Made by a program: the position numbers and the translations under genes. Source: an uncultured Mycoplasmatota bacterium (lineage in GTDB: Bacteria; Bacillota_I; Bacilli_A; RF39; UBA660). Taken from it: DNA of 38,691 nt. Position 1 is the stretch's first letter. Each line of letters opens with the position of its first letter. The stretch covers positions 1 to 38,691 of the forward strand of contig CAMFBT010000002.1 of assembly GCA_945948625.1 (NCBI GenBank), read 5' to 3'. Positions 10,021-19,207 of the stretch are shown here, in pieces. Under the pieces are notes generated by a model. That model did not search any database. It was not told the origin of the DNA and worked only from the letters and a program-made list of their open reading frames with translations.

Positions 10021-11349
10021 CTACAATATATTATTATAAATACTAAACATAGGTATAAATATAGACATAAGTATTACACCAACAATAATAGCAAGAATAA
10101 TAATCATAACTGGTTCTATTAAGCTTTTTAATCTCTGTACTAAATTCTTCTGTTCATCTTCATAATAATTAGCAACATTTTCCATCATAGGTCCAAGTCT
10201 ACCAGTTTTTTCACCAGTTAGAAGCATTTCATAGGCAATTCTAGGAAAAGCCCATTTATTTTCAAATGCTTTAGAAAGACCTACTCCAGTACTTAAATTA
10301 GTAACTGCTTCTTTAATAATATCCTTATATATTTCATTATTAGTAATTTTTCCAAGCATCTCAATACTATCAGTAATAAATACATCATGTTTAATTAAAG
10401 AAGAAAATGTTTTAGTAAACATAATAACTTCATTATAAATTATTACATCTTTTATTACAGGAATATGCATAACCAAATATTGAACAATGTATCTAAACTT
10501 TTTAATATTTTTATACATAGCAATTATTATAATAATAATAGCAGCTAAAGCTAAAACCATTTTAATAATATGCTTCCTTACAAAATTACTTAAATTAATT
10601 AAGAAAACAGTTATACCAGGTAATTTAGCACCCAATTGATCAAAAATATCTACAAACTGAGGAACTACAAATAAAAGCAAAAAAGTAAGAACAATAATTG
10701 AAATAACTAATACAACACTAGGATAAGTAAGCGCAGATATTATTTGTTTTCTATTAGAATCAGCAGTCTTATAATAAGCAGCCATATCATCTAATGTCTC
10801 AGTTAAATTACCAGTAAGTTCTGAAGCCTTTAACATATTAATTAACAATTTAGGAAAAACATTTCCCTGTCTAGCTAATGCTTCACTAAAATTTGCTCCT
10901 GTATTAAGTTCATAATTAATTCTATTAAATAAATCCTTTTTCTTTTTACTCTTAGTTTGATTCTCCAATATTACTATTGAATCCGCTAAAGGAATACCAG
11001 ACTTAATATATGTAGAAAGCTGTGTTAAAAGAAAATTTAAATCCTTATAACTCATTTCATTAGAAAAAGTTAAAGCACTACCAAATTTACTTATTTTAGT
11101 AGGTTTAATTTCTGCTATTTTATATCCTTGAGCATTTAAAAAAGATTCAACATCTACTTTTCTAAATGCATCAAAGTATCCTTTAATTTGTTTACCATTT
11201 TTATCAAACACAATGTATTTATATCTAATTTTCTCTTTAGTGACTACTGCTGATGCAGAAACAGATTGACTAGATACAAATGTTGTCCCACTAGGATTCT
11301 TATTTGTTCCCATATTAACATTTCCATTATTCACAGAATTATTATTCAT
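10021..11349 (-). CDS. pilC: type IV pilus/type II secretion platform protein (GspF/PilC/ComGB family)
   Basis: The protein contains two T2SS-F-type repeats with three TM segments, and the size matches PilC. The track start is a GTG within the SD (aagtgaggtatattATG), so I use ATG 11349. Confidence 0.88.
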   Translation of the reverse strand: MNNNSVNNGNVNMGTNKNPSGTTFVSSQSVSASAVVTKEKIRYKYIVFDKNGKQIKGYFDAFRKVDVESFLNAQGYKIAEIKPTKISKFGSALTFSNEMSYKDLNFLLTQLSTYIKSGIPLADSIVILENQTKSKKKKDLFNRINYELNTGANFSEALARQGNVFPKLLINMLKASELTGNLTETLDDMAAYYKTADSNRKQIISALTYPSVVLVISIIVLTFLLLFVVPQFVDIFDQLGAKLPGITVFLINLSNFVRKHIIKMVLALAAIIIIIIAMYKNIKKFRYIVQYLVMHIPVIKDVIIYNEVIMFTKTFSSLIKHDVFITDSIEMLGKITNNEIYKDIIKEAVTNLSTGVGLSKAFENKWAFPRIAYEMLLTGEKTGRLGPMMENVANYYEDEQKNLVQRLKSLIEPVMIIILAIIVGVILMSIFIPMFSIYNNIL

Positions 11350-11458
11350 AATATACCTCACTTACTCTATTATCATAAATATTATATCATAACTTTAATA
11401 GTTTTTTAACATTTTTTTAATAATTTCATATATTATTTTAGAAAGGAGTATTATTTAT

Positions 11459-11926
11459 ATGTATGGTAACTATCTAAATGGTCCACTTATGATGCCAAAT
11501 ATGTCATATGGTCCAATTATGAATAATGGAATGAGAATGGCATCAAGTATCCCTTATATGGCAAGACAATCTTCACTAGGAAATGGACTACGTTCACTAC
11601 TAGGAATAGGAGGATCTAGTACTGGAGCAGCTCGTGGTATACTAGGAGCAACTCGTGGTATAAACTGGTCAACACTTCTTGGAAATGCATCAAAAACATT
11701 AGGAGTAGTTAACCAAGCAATACCAATAGTAAAAGAAGTAAGACCAATGATAAACAATATGAAATCAATGCTAAAAGTAGCATCTATTTTCAAAGATGAA
11801 ACCGATACAAATACTAATACAAATAGTAACACAAAAAATACCACTACTAGTAGTAGTGATACAATTGAAAATAATAACTATAAAAATGATACTTATAACC
11901 ATAATGAACCAAATTTCTTTATATAA
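11459..11926 (+). CDS. Gly/Met/Asn-rich hypothetical protein, tentatively YqfQ/VrrA-like
   Basis: SD aaaggag lies upstream of the ATG. The central segment GINWSTLLGNASKTLGVVNQAIPIVKEVRPMINNMKSMLKV resembles the conserved core I remember from Bacillus YqfQ. The tail is low-complexity Thr/Asn/Ser. The family assignment is from memory only. Confidence 0.55.
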   Translation: MYGNYLNGPLMMPNMSYGPIMNNGMRMASSIPYMARQSSLGNGLRSLLGIGGSSTGAARGILGATRGINWSTLLGNASKTLGVVNQAIPIVKEVRPMINNMKSMLKVASIFKDETDTNTNTNSNTKNTTTSSSDTIENNNYKNDTYNHNEPNFFI

Positions 11927-11935
11927 GAAATTTTT

Positions 11936-12442
11936 TTATTTAATTACTTTTATATTAAATTTATTATAAATTAGTTTTATTATAAAGTAACTTACACTTG
12001 TATATAAAACTGTCATAATCAAACTATGAGTAAGAATATCACCTAATAATACAAAACCATATATACTTCCAGAAGCAATATTAAGAATTAAAAAAGTTAA
12101 AACATGATATACAATAATACAACTAAAACTTAAAACATTAGCCATAAAAATATTATTAGGTAAAAAATTATTTAAAAACTTAATAAACAAAGCAATAACA
12201 AAAAACAAAACTAAATTAATAAGAAAAGTAGAAGTATATAGCACATCAAATAATATTCCAAATATTATTATTAATATAAAATATTTTTTATCATTAGAAA
12301 AATAAGGATATATAACAACAAAAGAAATAATTATATATATTGTACTAAAATAACTAACATAACCAAAAGTACTAGAAAAAACATTTGACATAAAATTATC
12401 TAGCAAAAAAGAAATAATCAAATAAATAATACTTATTATCAT
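11936..12442 (-). CDS. mreD: rod shape-determining protein MreD
   Basis: It is a 168-aa protein of about five TM segments. Its ATG overlaps the mreC stop (ATGA). Position and topology are typical of MreD; it has no strong sequence motif. Confidence 0.7.
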   Translation of the reverse strand: MIISIIYLIISFLLDNFMSNVFSSTFGYVSYFSTIYIIISFVVIYPYFSNDKKYFILIIIFGILFDVLYTSTFLINLVLFFVIALFIKFLNNFLPNNIFMANVLSFSCIIVYHVLTFLILNIASGSIYGFVLLGDILTHSLIMTVLYTSVSYFIIKLIYNKFNIKVIK

Positions 12443-13299
12443 TTATTATCACTCTTTCTTTTTAAAATACTAACATAATTAATATCACTAAAATCCGCAG
12501 ATGGCTTAACCTTTATAACTTTAGCTAAATCATAAGAATCTGTCGTAATTTCGCTTACAGTACCTATTAAAATTCCTGATGGAAATATACCACCTAAACC
12601 AGAAGTATATACTTTATCACCAATATTTACATCTTTAGTATTACTTATACCTTCTAATTCCAAAACATTATCATTATAATTATATCCATTAATTAAACCA
12701 TATAAATTAGTATCACCATTACTAATATGTACAGATATCTTATTATTAGTATCACTAGTAGTTATTAATTTTACATCAGATGTAAATGTTGTAGTATTAA
12801 TTACCCTACCAATTAATCCTTTTGAAGTAATAACAACCATATCCTTTTCAACACCATTATAACTTCCCTTATCAATAGTAATTTTATTATACCAATAACC
12901 AACATTTCTACTTATAACAGAGGCATTTAAATACTCATAATCAGTTAAAGAATAATCAATATTAAGTTCATCTTTAAGAGCCTCAAGTTGTCTTCTTAAT
13001 TCAATATTCTCTGTCTCAATAGATAAAATTCTATCCATTGAAGTTTCTAATATATCATTATCTTTTTTTACATTCTTTAACTCATTATAATCACTTATTT
13101 TATTTTTAACATAATCAAATGGATAAACAACTATTTTTTCCACATATATTAAAGTATCCTTAAAGAAAGATTCAACTTTATTTAATTCTCTTTCTTTTTT
13201 TAATGATACCGAAAAAATGACAAATAAAACAATTATCAATACTATCACAATTAATAATACATACTTTTTAGGAATACCTTTTTTCTTTTGTCCAAACAT
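12439..13299 (-). CDS. mreC: rod shape-determining protein MreC
   Basis: An N-terminal TM anchor is followed by a coiled-coil (ENIELRRQLEALKDEL). Beta-barrel domains carry VVITSKGLIGRV and GDKVYTSGLGGIFPSGILIGTV. Confidence 0.88.
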   Translation of the reverse strand: MFGQKKKGIPKKYVLLIVIVLIIVLFVIFSVSLKKERELNKVESFFKDTLIYVEKIVVYPFDYVKNKISDYNELKNVKKDNDILETSMDRILSIETENIELRRQLEALKDELNIDYSLTDYEYLNASVISRNVGYWYNKITIDKGSYNGVEKDMVVITSKGLIGRVINTTTFTSDVKLITTSDTNNKISVHISNGDTNLYGLINGYNYNDNVLELEGISNTKDVNIGDKVYTSGLGGIFPSGILIGTVSEITTDSYDLAKVIKVKPSADFSDINYVSILKRKSDNK

Positions 13300-13370
13300 A
13301 TTATATCACTTTCCTATCACTCTTATTATATAATATTTTTTAATAAATTAAAAGAACTTATTAAATTTTA

Positions 13371-14048
13371 TCATAAATTATTATCTTCAAAAAAACTATA
13401 ATAATTATCATTTCCTATTATAATATGATCCATTAAAATAATACCATGAAGATTTCCTAACTGCTCTATTTTTTTTGTTAAATCAATATCATTTTTACTA
13501 GGAGTTGAATTACCTGAAGGATGATTATGAATACATACAATATAACTAGCAGATAATAAATATGCTGTTTTAAATATTTCTCTTGGATGAACTAATGAAT
13601 AATTAACAGTCCCCAAAAATAATAATTTTTTATCTATATATTTTTTTTGATTATCTAAATATACAACATAAAACATTTCTTGTGTAACATTCTTATATAA
13701 AGTATGAAAATAATCAACAATTGCCATAGGACTAGTTAAATAAACCAAATTTTTATATTTATTATCCTCGTAAACCCTTCTACCAAGTTCAATTGCTGCA
13801 ACAATCTCAATAGCTTTAATTTTACTCATTCCTTCTATTTTCATTAATGTATTTATTTCTATATTTGAAAGTTCATTAATATTATTAACAGATGATAATA
13901 TATTATAAGAAATTTCTTTTATTCCCATCTTCTTAGTACCAGATTTTAGTATTATTTCAATTAATTCATTATTAGAAATATTTTCTTTTCCATATTTAAT
14001 TAATCTCTCTCTTGGCTTTTCATCTTCAGGTAATTTTTTTAAATTCAT
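13371..14048 (-). CDS. radC: RadC-family JAB/MPN domain protein (UPF0758)
   Basis: An N-terminal HhH-like region (PRERLIKYG) is present. The C-terminal JAMM motif reads HNHPSGNSTPSKNDI. SD ggaggtg precedes the ATG. Confidence 0.88.
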   Translation of the reverse strand: MNLKKLPEDEKPRERLIKYGKENISNNELIEIILKSGTKKMGIKEISYNILSSVNNINELSNIEINTLMKIEGMSKIKAIEIVAAIELGRRVYEDNKYKNLVYLTSPMAIVDYFHTLYKNVTQEMFYVVYLDNQKKYIDKKLLFLGTVNYSLVHPREIFKTAYLLSASYIVCIHNHPSGNSTPSKNDIDLTKKIEQLGNLHGIILMDHIIIGNDNYYSFFEDNNL

Positions 14049-14132
14049 ATATAACCCACCTCCACATCAAAAGAAAAAAGACATAAAATAATATCTTCTA
14101 TATAATAATTCAAATATATTTTAAATTTTTCC

Positions 14133-14172
14133 CAAAAAAAAGAAAAAAGATATACATTTTAATATATATCTT
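14133..14172 (-). terminator. rho-independent terminator after alaS
   Basis: On the minus strand the stem is aagatata/tatatctt (14147-14154 and 14165-14172) with a 10-nt loop. It begins right after the alaS stop and is followed by a long T-run (ttttttcttttttttggg). Confidence 0.55.
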
Positions 14173-16866
14173 TTATAAACTTCTAATAGTATCTTTAACA
14201 TTAGAAAGAATTTTACTAACAATAGTACCATCAGTACCACCGCCTTGAGCAAATGATCTATTTCCTCCTCCATTACCAGAAGATCTAACAGCTAAATCCT
14301 TAACAATAGCACCACAATCAATTCTATTTGAATTAGACTTAGCAACATAATTAACAGAATTGTCATCATTCAAATTAGCAAGTAAGATAAAATTATTATC
14401 AATCTGATTACTAAGAGCAGATACAATCTGTTTCAAAGTATTAATATCATAACCATTAGTAATACTAATAATAGTACTAATACCATTAATATCTTCCATA
14501 ATATCTAAAAAACTAGATAAATCACTAACAGATTTTTCACTCTTTTTAGAATTAAAATCTTTCTCTAATTTTTTTAATCTTTCTCTCAAATCATCAAGTT
14601 CATTCTTATTGATAACAACATCTCTATAACTACATGGATCATTATTATCAATATCAAAATTAAATTCTAAATCAATATTAAGTTCCTTAGCTTCATTTAC
14701 AATTTTTTTAGCTTTATCAAGAAGTTTAATCATTTCTTCATTATACTTAGATATCTCTTCTTTAAGAACTTCTGTAATATTATTATCAGTACATCCAGTA
14801 ATTCTATAAGTATCAGTTCCTTTATTCTCTACTGAAGCAATAGCAAATCTAACAATATTCTTAGTATTATCAATATGAGTTCCAGCACATAGTTCAATAG
14901 AATCACCCATAGTAACTACCCTAACAATATCACCATATTTATCAGAAAATAATGCCATAGCACCTTTCTTAATAGCTTCCTTAATTGGCAAATATTCAAT
15001 TTTAGTAACATATCCAGCCTTAATTTTTTCATTAACCATATCTTCTAATCTAACTATAAGTTCATCAGATAACTTTCCTTGATAATTAAAATCAAATCTA
15101 AGTATTTTCTCATCAACCTTTGAACCAGCTTGATGAACATTATTACCAAGAAGTTCTTGTAAAGATTTTTGAAGTAAATGAACAGAAGAATGATTCTTCA
15201 TAATAGCAAGTCTTTTATCTTTAAGAATATGAGTAAGAATCTTATCACCTTTATTAACAGTACCTTCTAAAACCTTAACATAAAGAAGATGCTGTCCATT
15301 AGGAGCTTTAATAACATCCATAACTTCTAACTTACATTTATCATTTTTCAAATAACCAGAGTCAGATACTTGACCACCACTTTCAGCATAAAAAGGATTT
15401 TCCTTCAAGAAAATATAGCAATCTTCAGAAGACGAATCTACAAACATATTATCTTTCATAATATCCATAACTTCAGTTTCAAGTCCCAATTTATCATATC
15501 CAACAAAAGAACTAGTTTCTTTATAATTAATAAGTAAATCATTTTGAAGATTCATACTACTAATAGCTTTTCTATTTTTTCTAGCAAGTTCCTTTTGAGC
15601 AGTCATATAACCTTTAAAAGAATCAATATCAACAGTAAATCCTTTTTCCTCAGCAGCTTCAATAGTAAGTTCAATAGGATAACCATATGTATCATATAAT
15701 TTAAAAGCATCTCTACCACTTATAATCTTACTATCGCTATTAAATAAATCCTCTAGTTTCTTTTCTCCAGATAATAAAGTTTTTTGAAATAATTTTTCTT
15801 CCTTTGAAATAAGCATTTTAACATTGCTTTTAGTACCAACCAAATCAGGATAAGTATCTTTATAATTGTCTACAACAACATCTACAATTGAAGATAAAAA
15901 TTCTCTATTAATATTAAGTTTTTTACCCATCCTTGAAGCTCTACGAAGTAATCTTCTAAGAACATAACCTCTACCAATATTTTCAAAAACAGCACCATCA
16001 GATAAAGCAAAAGTAAGAGTTCTAATATGATCTGCTATAACCTTAAATTCCATTTGACCAACATAAGGAATACCAGCAATTTCTTCAATTTTTTTCATAA
16101 TAGGCATAAACAAATCAGTTTCATAATTAGTTTCAGTCTCTTGAAGAATACAAGCCATTCTTTCAACACCCATACCAGTATCAATATTTTTACTAGGAAG
16201 TTCAGGATATTCTTCTCTCTTTAAACCTTCAGTAGCATTAAATTGACTAAGAACATTATTCCAAATCTCAATATAACGATCATTTTCTATTTCATCTTGA
16301 AGTAATTTAATACCTTTACCTTCTTTATCATATTTTTCACCACGATCATAAAAAATTTCCGTATCAGGGCCTGAAGGTCCTGGACCTATTTCCCAAAAAT
16401 TACTATCTAACTTAATTAAATGTGAAGGCTTAACACCTAAACTAATCCATTTATCATAAGACTCATTATCATTCGTATAAACAGTAATATATAACCTATC
16501 TTTATCAATATCAAAATATTTAGGACTAGTAAGCAATTCATAAGCCCAAGTAAGAGCTTCATCCCTAAAATAATCACCAATACTAAAATTACCTAACATT
16601 TGAAAAAAAGTATGATGTCTAGCCGTTTTACCAACTTCTTCAATATCACCAGTTCTAATACACTTTTGACAACTAGTAAGTCTCTTATTTTTTGGAACCA
16701 CAGTCCCATCAAAATATTTCTTAAGTGGTGTAACCCCAGCATTAATCCATAATACAGTAGGATCATTTATTGGTATTAAAGGAGCAGACTCTACTTCAGT
16801 ATGTCCCCTCTCACAAAAAAAATCTAAATACATTCTAATAATTTGATTTCCAGTTAATTTTCTCAT
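14173..16866 (-). CDS. alaS: alanine--tRNA ligase
   Basis: The 897-aa protein has a class II core (FFQMLGNFSIGDYF, WEIGPGPSGPDTEI) and an editing-domain HxxxH (HSSVHLL...CAGTH). A C-terminal DHHA1-like region ends in GGGNRSFAQGGG. Its ATG overlaps the upstream stop (ATGA). Confidence 0.97.
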   Translation of the reverse strand: MRKLTGNQIIRMYLDFFCERGHTEVESAPLIPINDPTVLWINAGVTPLKKYFDGTVVPKNKRLTSCQKCIRTGDIEEVGKTARHHTFFQMLGNFSIGDYFRDEALTWAYELLTSPKYFDIDKDRLYITVYTNDNESYDKWISLGVKPSHLIKLDSNFWEIGPGPSGPDTEIFYDRGEKYDKEGKGIKLLQDEIENDRYIEIWNNVLSQFNATEGLKREEYPELPSKNIDTGMGVERMACILQETETNYETDLFMPIMKKIEEIAGIPYVGQMEFKVIADHIRTLTFALSDGAVFENIGRGYVLRRLLRRASRMGKKLNINREFLSSIVDVVVDNYKDTYPDLVGTKSNVKMLISKEEKLFQKTLLSGEKKLEDLFNSDSKIISGRDAFKLYDTYGYPIELTIEAAEEKGFTVDIDSFKGYMTAQKELARKNRKAISSMNLQNDLLINYKETSSFVGYDKLGLETEVMDIMKDNMFVDSSSEDCYIFLKENPFYAESGGQVSDSGYLKNDKCKLEVMDVIKAPNGQHLLYVKVLEGTVNKGDKILTHILKDKRLAIMKNHSSVHLLQKSLQELLGNNVHQAGSKVDEKILRFDFNYQGKLSDELIVRLEDMVNEKIKAGYVTKIEYLPIKEAIKKGAMALFSDKYGDIVRVVTMGDSIELCAGTHIDNTKNIVRFAIASVENKGTDTYRITGCTDNNITEVLKEEISKYNEEMIKLLDKAKKIVNEAKELNIDLEFNFDIDNNDPCSYRDVVINKNELDDLRERLKKLEKDFNSKKSEKSVSDLSSFLDIMEDINGISTIISITNGYDINTLKQIVSALSNQIDNNFILLANLNDDNSVNYVAKSNSNRIDCGAIVKDLAVRSSGNGGGNRSFAQGGGTDGTIVSKILSNVKDTIRSL

Positions 16867-17420
16867 AATCTCGTCTCCTCATATATCTTATATATATCTT
16901 TTTCTAACTCTTCTAATGTATCATTAGTAACAATATAATCAATATCATCATAATTATCCATTGCAACCTCAGTAACATGTGCTTTTTCATTAGCATTTAA
17001 ACTAGATTCAAAGTTAATTCTATTTACTTTAATAACAAATACATTATCAAATTTTTCCCTAACACTATCAATTTCTCTAGGAAGTCTAATATCTGGTACA
17101 ATAATCACATCATAAAAATAAGAATATATTTCAATGTCATCAAGTTGTCTTTGAATAAACATTTCAGCCTTATTAAGTTTATTCCTAATAACATCTGTAC
17201 CAAGTTCTTGAAGTAACTTCCTAGGTTTAGTATCTTCACTACCATCCCAATCAGTCATTTCCATTGCATAAAATTTAATATATTTACCCGCTCGTGAAAA
17301 AATAACTTTTTTACCATCACTCTCATAAAATTTTTTTAAATAACCTGCTATAGTATCTTTACCATGTCTAGCTCTACCACAAAGTAAATATATTTTAGGA
17401 TGTTTATTCTCAATTTCCAT
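16863..17420 (-). CDS. P-loop kinase resembling deoxynucleoside monophosphate kinases (phage T4 gp1-like family)
   Basis: The P-loop reads LLCGRARHGKDT. It is followed by LLQELGTDVIRN and PDIRLPREID, which match the G-x-x-GKDT / LQ-x-GT / D-x-R-x-x-E pattern of the dNMP kinase family as I remember it. A strong SD (gaggagg) is present. It is translationally coupled to alaS. Confidence 0.6.
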   Translation of the reverse strand: MEIENKHPKIYLLCGRARHGKDTIAGYLKKFYESDGKKVIFSRAGKYIKFYAMEMTDWDGSEDTKPRKLLQELGTDVIRNKLNKAEMFIQRQLDDIEIYSYFYDVIIVPDIRLPREIDSVREKFDNVFVIKVNRINFESSLNANEKAHVTEVAMDNYDDIDYIVTNDTLEELEKDIYKIYEETRL

Positions 17421-17539
17421 AATTAGTCCTCCTCATATTCCTTTTAATTATACCAAATAATAAATAATAAGTAAATTACTTTTAAATATTTTATTTACTT
17501 TACAAAATACAATATAATATGTAATAATAATTATTTTTC

Positions 17540-17569
17540 TTGATAAAGTTCTAACTAAAATGATATAAT
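17540..17569 (+). promoter_or_regulatory. sigma-A-type promoter of the transglutaminase-like gene
   Basis: The sequence reads TTGATA, an 18-nt spacer, then TGaTATAAT (extended -10), followed by SD agaggtga and ATG 17588. Confidence 0.55.
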
Positions 17570-17587
17570 TTAAATAGAGGTGACAAA

Positions 17588-18523
17588 ATGAAAAAAAAGA
17601 ATAAAGGTGGAAAATTAATTATAGTAATAGGAGTAATATCAATAGTATTAGTAACAATATGTGCTTTCAATAAAGAAAATATAAAATATAAATATTATGA
17701 ATATACAATGAGTAAAAAATATTCATCACAAGTAGCAAATGAATATTATATTGAAGATAACTTTAATTATGTAGAAAACTATACAGATATAGGAATAAAA
17801 AACAAAGAAGAACTAATAAACTTTATCTATTACACTCTAAATAGTGGTATTCCTCATACTGAAAGATATATTAAAAAAGAGTATACAAATTATCAAAATG
17901 ATATAAATATACTTTCTTCAAATAATGGAAAAGATTTCAAAGAAATAATTTCACTTCTAAATAATTTTGTTCACCCATATAATAGTTCTAACAATATCAA
18001 CATAAATTATGGTGGAAAATATAAAATAGGAATAACTATAAACAAAGCCTATACAAATGAAGAAATTAATCAAATAAATGAAGTTGTAGATAAAGTAATA
18101 AAAGAAAAAATAACAAATAATATGCCACCAAAAGAAAAAATAAAAATAATACATAACTACATTATAGACAATACACAATATGATAAATTAAAATATGAAG
18201 ATAAAAATGACAAAACTTACAAATCAAACACTGCCTATGGAGTATTAATAGAAGGATATGGTACTTGTAACGGATATGCTGATGCTATGGCTATCTTCTT
18301 AGATAAATTAAACATTATAAATTATAAAATAAGCAATGAAAAACATATTTGGAACTTAGTATATTTAGATGGTTCATGGTATCACTTAGATTTAACATGG
18401 GATGACCCAATAAGTGATATTAATATAAATAGAGATATATATTTTCTAATAACAACAGAAAAATTAGAAGAATTAAATGATGGAACACACAACTTTGATA
18501 AAACAATATATACAGAAGCATAA
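17588..18523 (+). CDS. membrane-anchored transglutaminase-like cysteine protease-fold protein
   Basis: An N-terminal TM helix is present. The transglutaminase-core Cys-His-Asp pattern reads GTCNGYADAMAIFL ... HIWNLVYLDGSWYHLDLTWDD. Confidence 0.8.
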   Translation: MKKKNKGGKLIIVIGVISIVLVTICAFNKENIKYKYYEYTMSKKYSSQVANEYYIEDNFNYVENYTDIGIKNKEELINFIYYTLNSGIPHTERYIKKEYTNYQNDINILSSNNGKDFKEIISLLNNFVHPYNSSNNININYGGKYKIGITINKAYTNEEINQINEVVDKVIKEKITNNMPPKEKIKIIHNYIIDNTQYDKLKYEDKNDKTYKSNTAYGVLIEGYGTCNGYADAMAIFLDKLNIINYKISNEKHIWNLVYLDGSWYHLDLTWDDPISDININRDIYFLITTEKLEELNDGTHNFDKTIYTEA

Positions 18524-18547
18524 AGACTAACAAACTAGTCTTTTTTT
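18522..18547 (+). terminator. rho-independent terminator after the transglutaminase-like gene
   Basis: The stem is aaagacta/tagtcttt with a 6-nt loop, followed by a T-run (18541-18547). It overlaps the last codons of the convergent minus-strand gene. Confidence 0.5.
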
Positions 18548-19183
18548 AAATATAATAATAAATATACCACTTCCAACAAGTGCACATACCATATCACTAA
18601 TTGTATCATATAAACCAATATCTATATAACCACCATATTTAGAATAAAAAGAAATACCATCTACAATAACATCATTAACCTTCAATTTAACTGGAGTATC
18701 CCCACTAGTAGAAAAATAAGTTGAAGTAATTTCATTAATAATAGTATCCTTCTGCATATCTTGATTAAAAACCCTATCAATACAAAATTCACTAATCTCC
18801 CAAACAGATTCTATCATCATAGCAAAAGAAAAAATAAAAAGAAGTAAAAGCATCTTATTAATATCACCAAAAAACCTTAATAAATAGTAACTTAAATAAG
18901 AAATAATAAATGAAGAAAAAGTATGCATGATAATATCAAAATACCAAACTCTAGTATAAAAATGATATATTTGTCCTAATATTTCAGTAGATAAAACAAA
19001 AACATAACATAAAAACTTACATAAATCACTATAACCAATCTTTTTCTGCAATAATTCAATACAAAAAATAAGCAATAAAGATACTATACATGCAAAAATA
19101 GTGGTCATATCTAATCTAATAATACCAATAATCAGATAAAATACAACCACCATTATCATATAAAAAAATATATTTTTTTTCAT
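18527..19183 (-). CDS. polytopic membrane protein, possibly DUF2238/YjdF-like
   Basis: It has about six hydrophobic helices. The motifs FDIIMHTFSSF, WEISEF and YDTISDMVCALVGSG recall the DUF2238 pattern; this is from memory and tentative. SD aggtgag precedes the ATG. Confidence 0.6.
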   Translation of the reverse strand: MKKNIFFYMIMVVVFYLIIGIIRLDMTTIFACIVSLLLIFCIELLQKKIGYSDLCKFLCYVFVLSTEILGQIYHFYTRVWYFDIIMHTFSSFIISYLSYYLLRFFGDINKMLLLLFIFSFAMMIESVWEISEFCIDRVFNQDMQKDTIINEITSTYFSTSGDTPVKLKVNDVIVDGISFYSKYGGYIDIGLYDTISDMVCALVGSGIFIIIFKKRLVC

Positions 19184-19207
19184 ATACTCACCTAATTAAG
19201 TATATGA

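Noticed and set aside
11554-11844. 96-aa minus-strand ORF overlapping the YqfQ-like gene
   Set aside because: It is fully antisense to a plus-strand ORF that has an SD (aaaggag), an ATG and a recognisable motif. The minus ORF has neither an SD nor a plausible composition.
16027-16224. 65-aa plus-strand ORF inside alaS
   Set aside because: It is an antisense shadow within alaS.
17421-17587. T-box riboswitch upstream of the alaS operon
   Set aside because: The region is too short and too AT-rich. It has no conserved T-box sequence, no specifier-loop architecture and no terminator/antiterminator pair.
17957-18178. 73-aa minus-strand ORF inside the transglutaminase-like gene
   Set aside because: It is an antisense shadow with Phe/Tyr/Ile-only composition.
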